Positions 59,028-64,000 of a stretch of 64,000 nucleotides of DNA are shown here, one piece after another; positions within the stretch are counted from its first letter, which is position 1, and each line of letters opens with the position of its first letter. Origin of the DNA: an uncultured bacterium (lineage in GTDB: Bacteria > Patescibacteriota > Minisyncoccia > UBA6257 > 2-01-FULL-56-20); the NCBI GenBank assembly GCA_963696395.1, contig CAVOJZ010000002.1:6433-70432 (forward strand), given 5' to 3'. Made by a program: the position numbers and the translations under genes. Under the pieces are notes generated by a model. It was not told the DNA's origin and made no database searches. It saw only the letters and a program-made list of their open reading frames with translations.

Positions 59028-59975
59028 ATGAAAAAACTACTTGTTTTTGCAGTTTTTGCCCTTGCAATACTGAGCTTCGGAACCAATATCGGTTTGGCAC
59101 ACGCGCAAACCGCACAGCCGACGGTCAGTTCCGCAACTCTTTTACAGGAGCTCCAAGTTATGAAAGCTACGCTTGTGAATCTCGAATCCAAAGCGGGCAT
59201 GGTCCCGCAAGGCGATTCGGGATTGCCAAGCGGCACAGCTGGCACAACCGGATCGGCGGTAACCCCGACCACGGGGACGGTTGCAAGCGGACTTTCCGCT
59301 TCGGACCGGGCGGCGCTCTCGAGTTCGCTCGGCGCACTCGTTTCAGTGCTTTCATCGTTTAATGCCACGCTTGCAGCAAATCCGCAGGCGGTCAGCGCCC
59401 ATCAGGCGGCGATCGCGGCGGTCTTGAATGGTATGACGAAAACGATGGTGGCAATGAACAGCGCACTGAATGGCTCGGCGGCAGCGCCTTCCACGGGAAT
59501 TGCCATGTCCCAGCCAAGCGTGCGCGTTACGCCAACCACACCGACCACGCAGGCACCGGCGGCAGCAGCACCGACACCGACGCCGGCACCGGTAGCAGTA
59601 TCCAATCAGCCAGCCCCACAGCCATCAACTGGTTCGCTCGCTCCGACAGCGGCTCCCGCGGGAACGAACAACCAGCAACAGACTGCGCAGGCCTCGAACG
59701 CCTGGGGATTCGTCGTCAATCATTGGCCGACAATCACCATCGTCGTTCTCGTCGCTCTCATACTGCTGATTCTCTTCTGGCCAAGCTCTGGTGATAATCG
59801 CGAGGAACACGGATCTCCGCGTCCTGTGGCAAAACCGCAAGTCCCGAATCGTCCCGTCGCATCAAATGTGACGCAAAGTTCTTCACGCGAAGAAACACGG
59901 ACAGCGACTCCGGTCGCAACCGTCGTATCAGCTCCAGCAGCGAAAGTCACAGTCATCCGACCGCAGAAAGTTTAG
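59028..59975 (+). CDS. Surface protein with signal peptide, Pro/Thr/Ala linker and C-terminal TM anchor
   Basis: AHA|Q signal cleavage site, TPTTPTTQAPAAAAPTPTP linker, TM segment ITIVVLVALILLILFW. Confidence 0.75.
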   Translation: MKKLLVFAVFALAILSFGTNIGLAHAQTAQPTVSSATLLQELQVMKATLVNLESKAGMVPQGDSGLPSGTAGTTGSAVTPTTGTVASGLSASDRAALSSSLGALVSVLSSFNATLAANPQAVSAHQAAIAAVLNGMTKTMVAMNSALNGSAAAPSTGIAMSQPSVRVTPTTPTTQAPAAAAPTPTPAPVAVSNQPAPQPSTGSLAPTAAPAGTNNQQQTAQASNAWGFVVNHWPTITIVVLVALILLILFWPSSGDNREEHGSPRPVAKPQVPNRPVASNVTQSSSREETRTATPVATVVSAPAAKVTVIRPQKV

Positions 59976-59981
59976 CGTGTT

Positions 59982-60037
59982 AAAAAATACGAGCCGCAAC
60001 GCCCTTAAGAGGGGGCGATGCGGCTCGTATTTTTTTT
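59982..60037. terminator. Bidirectional terminator
   Basis: AAAAAATACGAGCCGCA...TGCGGCTCGTATTTTTT between convergent genes. Confidence 0.8.
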
Positions 60038-60054
60038 GGCGCAAACCAACGCAC

Positions 60055-60210
60055 CTACTGCGAATCGCCGCATTGCTCGATAAAAATCGGTGTGTGATTA
60101 AATTCCCGATCGGCAAGATATCCGCAACCAAATCCGAACGAGGCAATGAATACAACCACCACACCAAATATAATCTGGCGCTTATGCAACAAAAAAATGC
60201 GGCGTAGCAT
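60055..60210 (-). CDS. Small single-TM protein (not in the ORF track)
   Basis: Translates as MLRRIFLLHKRQIIFGVVVVFIASFGFGCGYLADREFNHTPIFIEQCGDSQ and ends at the terminator. Confidence 0.6.
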   Translation of the reverse strand: MLRRIFLLHKRQIIFGVVVVFIASFGFGCGYLADREFNHTPIFIEQCGDSQ

Positions 60211-60257
60211 TTTTCTATACTACCTTTCCCTCATTAAATATTTCTAAAACCCGGCGC

Positions 60258-60980
60258 TCAAAAATTCAGGTACTGCTCCCATTTTTGATACAATTCCCGC
60301 GTCGCTTTCAGGTCGCCGACGTTATATCGGGCGATATCAAGAAACTTTTTTTTCTTGAACAATGGCTGGACATCGTCGCCGCTCACGCCGCCGGACTTGG
60401 GGCTTTCAATGCCGAACGCCCGCGACCACAGGTGGAGACTCCCTTTCCGCCGCGTGGCGCCGTAAAAACTCAACTGATCATAAAGGTCGACGTGCACCGC
60501 ACCGTCGTTCCGGGCTTGCCAGGGATAGCGGGCCTGCATAAGATCTTTCGAGGGTCTGATGCCGTGGATTGCGGAACGAATCATGAGGAATGGCACATCG
60601 AAGCCGCGGCCGTTGAACGTGATAAAAATCTGATATTTTTCCGAAAGCTCCCAGAACTTTACGAGCATATCTTTTTCCGTCATCTGCTTCAGGACAACGC
60701 CATCCTCCTTGGCTTCCGCATTTTTCTGGCCGGGCGCCTGATAGTAGACCGCTCCCTCATTTTTATGCACATCAAGCACGCCGAGAGCGACGATTTCCCC
60801 GGTAAGCGGTGAGAAACCAAGCCCGTTTTTGAGGTCCTGGAGCGCAAGTTTATATTCCTCTTCGTTATTCGAATCTTTCTTGATCCAGCGGGTTAAATTC
60901 TCCTGAGTTGCCTTATCGAGGGCGTCAAAATCCTCGCCAATGGTCTCAATATCGAATACCAGCTTGTTGCTAGGGGTCAT
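60258..60980 (-). CDS. PolB-like 3'-5' exonuclease (RNase H-like)
   Basis: [27 protein letters not shown]. Confidence 0.85.
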   Translation of the reverse strand: MTPSNKLVFDIETIGEDFDALDKATQENLTRWIKKDSNNEEEYKLALQDLKNGLGFSPLTGEIVALGVLDVHKNEGAVYYQAPGQKNAEAKEDGVVLKQMTEKDMLVKFWELSEKYQIFITFNGRGFDVPFLMIRSAIHGIRPSKDLMQARYPWQARNDGAVHVDLYDQLSFYGATRRKGSLHLWSRAFGIESPKSGGVSGDDVQPLFKKKKFLDIARYNVGDLKATRELYQKWEQYLNF

Positions 60981-61021
60981 GGTTGACAGTACCTGCATTC
61001 TACCATAGAATTGACGTTACT

Positions 61022-61300
61022 ATGGCTCATACCAAAGCTATCGGATCCACCAAATTAGGGCGCGATTCTATCGCGAAGCGTTTGGGTGTCAAACTGCAGG
61101 ACGGCCAAAAAGTTATGGTCGGCCAGATTATTATTCGCCAACGGGGCACAAAATATGCTCCGGGACGGAATGTAATTCGAGCCGAAGACGACACATTGTA
61201 CGCCGGCAAAAACGGCATCGTAAAGTTCGCCCAGAAAATGAAAACTCGTTTTGACGGGTCGCGGAAAAAAGCGACGGTGGTATACGTGCAGACTGCATAA
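61022..61300 (+). CDS. rpmA: 50S ribosomal protein L27
   Basis: [30 protein letters not shown]. Confidence 0.96.
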   Translation: MAHTKAIGSTKLGRDSIAKRLGVKLQDGQKVMVGQIIIRQRGTKYAPGRNVIRAEDDTLYAGKNGIVKFAQKMKTRFDGSRKKATVVYVQTA

Positions 61301-61336
61301 ATAATAAAACCGGCTGATGACAGCCGGTTTTATTAT
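61301..61336. terminator. Bidirectional terminator between rpmA and rplI
   Basis: ATAATAAAACCGGCTG-atga-CAGCCGGTTTTATTAT. Confidence 0.8.
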
Positions 61337-61782
61337 TCCTTTTTCTTCACCACTATTTTTAAATTCGCCGTAATGCCTTTTTTGAGATCTATAGGCACCA
61401 CGTAGTCGCCGACTTTCTTAATCGGGTGATCGAGCAATACTTCAACGCGTTCGTTGCGAAGTATCCCGTGTTCACGAAGTGCTTTTGCGATAGCTTCCTT
61501 ATTGACCGAACCGAATACCGATCCCTGCGCATCCGCCTCGAGTTCAAATTGCAGACCGAGATCATTCATTTCCGTTGCAATTTCATGCAATCGTTTTAAA
61601 AGCTCCTGATCTTCCTTTTCCGACGTTTCCTTCATTTGCTCGAGCTTGGCAAGCGCCGCCGCGGACGCGGGTTCCGCAAGTTTATTCGCGAAAAGGAAAT
61701 TGCGGGCGTAACCGTCGCTCACGTCCTTCACTTCGTGCTTTTTGCCGATATTTCTTACATCCTGCAACAAGATTATTTTCAT
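61333..61782 (-). CDS. rplI: 50S ribosomal protein L9
   Basis: MKIILLQDV, VSDGYARNFL, FGSV. Confidence 0.95.
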   Translation of the reverse strand: MKIILLQDVRNIGKKHEVKDVSDGYARNFLFANKLAEPASAAALAKLEQMKETSEKEDQELLKRLHEIATEMNDLGLQFELEADAQGSVFGSVNKEAIAKALREHGILRNERVEVLLDHPIKKVGDYVVPIDLKKGITANLKIVVKKKE

Positions 61783-61793
61783 GGTTTTAATTA

Positions 61794-63038
61794 TTATTTC
61801 GCCGTGCTGCTCGCGATCTCAGCCTGCAAAACCTGTATCGCTTTATCAAGCTGAGGATCCTGACCTTTCGCAGCTTGAGCATCAGTTATTGGCACCACAT
61901 AGTCCGGCTGAAGGCCAACGCCGAAGTTAAGAATGTTGCCGGAGGGAAGTACCCAATGCGCAACGGTGAGTTTAATGGACGAACCATCGGCAAGCGGTTC
62001 GAGCTGCTGCACGGTCCCCTTGCCAAAACTATGTTCACCGATAAGCGGGATGTTGCGATCGTCATGCAAGGCACCTGCAAGAATCTCCGCAGCGGAAGCT
62101 GAGCCATTGTTGATGAGAATGTCAATCGGCATATCGGCGAGCGAACCATTTCCGGTTGCCGTGTAATCCTGCTCAGGCACTGAACGGCCGACCTCCTTCA
62201 CCACGGGCGACCCAGGCTTTAGGAAATACCCCGAAAGGTCGACGGCGACCTCAAGATAACCGCCCGGATTATCGCGCAAATCCAGAACGATTCCCTGCGC
62301 ATTATTATCAACCGCCTTAACGAGCGCTTGGTAAAAAGCCGAATCGGCATCCTGCGTAAACTCGCTGAGGGTGATATGCGCGATGGTCCCCTTCATTTCA
62401 AAACTGACATTCGGAACCTGAATACTGCTTCGTGTGATTTTAAAATCCTGGGGCTTCGTCCATCCTTGCCGCAAGATACTGAGCGTCACCACCGTCCCCA
62501 CATTTCCGCGGATCAAATTAACCGCATCGTCAACATTCATACCCTCGGTTGATGAACCGTTAATGCCAACGATGATATCTTCGGCCTTGAGTCCTGCGCT
62601 CGCCGCGGGCGTTCCTTTAATTGGAGCAATGATGATGATATCGCCCTGTGGATCAGCGCCGAGCTGCGCACCAATACCTCCGAAATCACCGGTGATATCC
62701 TGCTGGAATTGCTGGCTATCGGAAGGCGTGAAAAACTCCGTGTAGGGATCCCCGAGCGAATTCACTAGACCGTTAATTGCCCCGTATACCTTCGTCTGGT
62801 CGGTCGTGCTTGGATTTCTTAGGTAATCGTCGTTAATCATCTGCCACGCCTGCCAAAAGGTGCTGAAATCGGCTGTTGTCGATACCGTGGGATTAATATT
62901 CGAGACACCGGTCACAACGATATTCGTGGGGTATTTTCGTCCGAGAACCCAGCCGAACCAAACGCCCGCGGCAAGCAAAACAATACCTGCAAGTGCCGCT
63001 GTGAGTATTTCGATTATTTTCTTCCTCTGAGGAGCCAT
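61794..63038 (-). CDS. ctpA: Carboxyl-terminal processing protease (S41)
   Basis: LGDPYT, PDZ domain, DLRDNPGG, SASAAEI, FGKGTVQ, DPQL. Confidence 0.9.
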   Translation of the reverse strand: MAPQRKKIIEILTAALAGIVLLAAGVWFGWVLGRKYPTNIVVTGVSNINPTVSTTADFSTFWQAWQMINDDYLRNPSTTDQTKVYGAINGLVNSLGDPYTEFFTPSDSQQFQQDITGDFGGIGAQLGADPQGDIIIIAPIKGTPAASAGLKAEDIIVGINGSSTEGMNVDDAVNLIRGNVGTVVTLSILRQGWTKPQDFKITRSSIQVPNVSFEMKGTIAHITLSEFTQDADSAFYQALVKAVDNNAQGIVLDLRDNPGGYLEVAVDLSGYFLKPGSPVVKEVGRSVPEQDYTATGNGSLADMPIDILINNGSASAAEILAGALHDDRNIPLIGEHSFGKGTVQQLEPLADGSSIKLTVAHWVLPSGNILNFGVGLQPDYVVPITDAQAAKGQDPQLDKAIQVLQAEIASSTAK

Positions 63039-63095
63039 ATCGGTATATCGTATCATGCTTTTTTATATATGAAAAATGCATTAAAATGCTGTTAT

Positions 63096-63359
63096 ATGCC
63101 ACGGCTAAAAGATCGGTACTTAGAGGAGTTAAAGAAGCGATCAAAGGAATCGCGCGTATATCGAAAGCATCAGCTTACGGGGCTTTTAATCGCTGAGATC
63201 CTGCAGGACGAGAAACATAAAGCTCTCTATATTAAGCTGGCAAAAGCAGACAATGGCGACCGGTTACTCGGGCTCGCAAAAGACGTTGCCGAACGCAAGA
63301 ACATAAAAAACAAAGGTGCCTATTTTATGCGCCTTGTCACCATGGACCATGGCAAATGA
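63096..63359 (+). CDS. Conserved hypothetical protein
   Basis: DEKHKALYIKLAK...NKGAYFM; overlaps the def start. Confidence 0.7.
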   Translation: MPRLKDRYLEELKKRSKESRVYRKHQLTGLLIAEILQDEKHKALYIKLAKADNGDRLLGLAKDVAERKNIKNKGAYFMRLVTMDHGK

Positions 63360-63879
63360 GATTTTTCTCATAAGCAATAAACAGGAAGAAAAGATCTTGC
63401 GGAAAAAAACCGCAGACTTTGACTTCAAAAAATACAGCGCGAAAGACATCCGCGAGCTTATCGCCCGCATGCGCCGCATCATGCGGGCGGCTGACGGCAT
63501 TGGCCTTTCCGCGAACCAGATCGGGCTCAATATAAATATGTTTATTGCGGAAATCCCGGACCCGGATGGAGGAACCAAATTTTACGCCGTGTTCAATCCC
63601 GTTATCGAAAAAATGGGCGATGAAAAGAAATTATTTGAAGAAGGGTGCCTGAGTGTTCCGGGAAAATACGGGGACGTTGAACGCGCAACGCGTGTCACCG
63701 TGACGGGGTTTGATAAATACGGCAAACCGACGCGAATCAAGGCATGGGGATTGCTTGCCCACGTGTTTCAACATGAAATCGATCATCTTCACGGTACCGT
63801 TTTCATCGACAAAGCAAAAACGATCCACGAAAACATAGCCGTCGAAACTCTGCCCGAACGGGAAAAGCGACCGGCATGA
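63349..63879 (+). CDS. def: Peptide deformylase
   Basis: GIGLSANQIG, EGCLS, QHEIDHLHG. Confidence 0.96.
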   Translation: MANEIFLISNKQEEKILRKKTADFDFKKYSAKDIRELIARMRRIMRAADGIGLSANQIGLNINMFIAEIPDPDGGTKFYAVFNPVIEKMGDEKKLFEEGCLSVPGKYGDVERATRVTVTGFDKYGKPTRIKAWGLLAHVFQHEIDHLHGTVFIDKAKTIHENIAVETLPEREKRPA

Positions 63880-64000
63880 AATACGTTTTTTTCGGAAGCC
63901 CACGCTTTGCGGAAATAATCCTGGGGCAACTCATCGACGCGGGCATGCCGCCGATCGCGTTAGTCTGCAATCCTGATCGTCCGTTTGGAAGAAAGCAAAT
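63876..64000 (+). CDS. fmt: Methionyl-tRNA formyltransferase (5' part, runs off the window)
   Basis: MKYVFFGSPRFA...VCNPDRPFGRKQ; ATGA overlap with def. Confidence 0.88.
   Translation, partial: MKYVFFGSPRFAEIILGQLIDAGMPPIALVCNPDRPFGRKQ

Overview
The window looks like two genomes joined at about 6,020. Bases 1 to ~6,018 are very GC-rich (about 70% or more by eye), full of indels and actinobacterial in type. They carry an acyl-CoA ligase end, a LOG-family gene, the bifunctional FO synthase FbiC/CofGH, tal and the 3' part of tkt. From ~6,019 to the end the sequence is clean, mid-GC and typical of Patescibacteria (CPR, Parcubacteria-like). It holds a truncated VirD4/HerA-like ATPase, secDF, tRNA-Tyr, tsf, rpsB, mraY, scpAB, dnaX, a type IV pilus operon and tRNA-Gln. 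After tRNA-Gln come a serine-recombinase remnant and a run of small genes, most with their own promoter and terminator. Further on are a complete cytochrome bo3 operon (cyoABCDE), a split DipZ (CcdA plus thioredoxin) with msrA/msrB, typA, bcp, rpmA, rplI, ctpA, def and fmt. The best candidate for an undescribed system is 48.6-56.3 kb: a PaaK-like ligase, an Rv1355c-like ThiF/E1 enzyme, a nitroreductase and a 7TM histidine kinase in one apparent operon, with a receiver protein, ilvE and an SDR upstream. It resembles a small-molecule signal synthase with its own receptor. A second lead is a pair of related structured elements next to the two tRNAs. All family calls come from recognising motifs by eye; no database searches were run.
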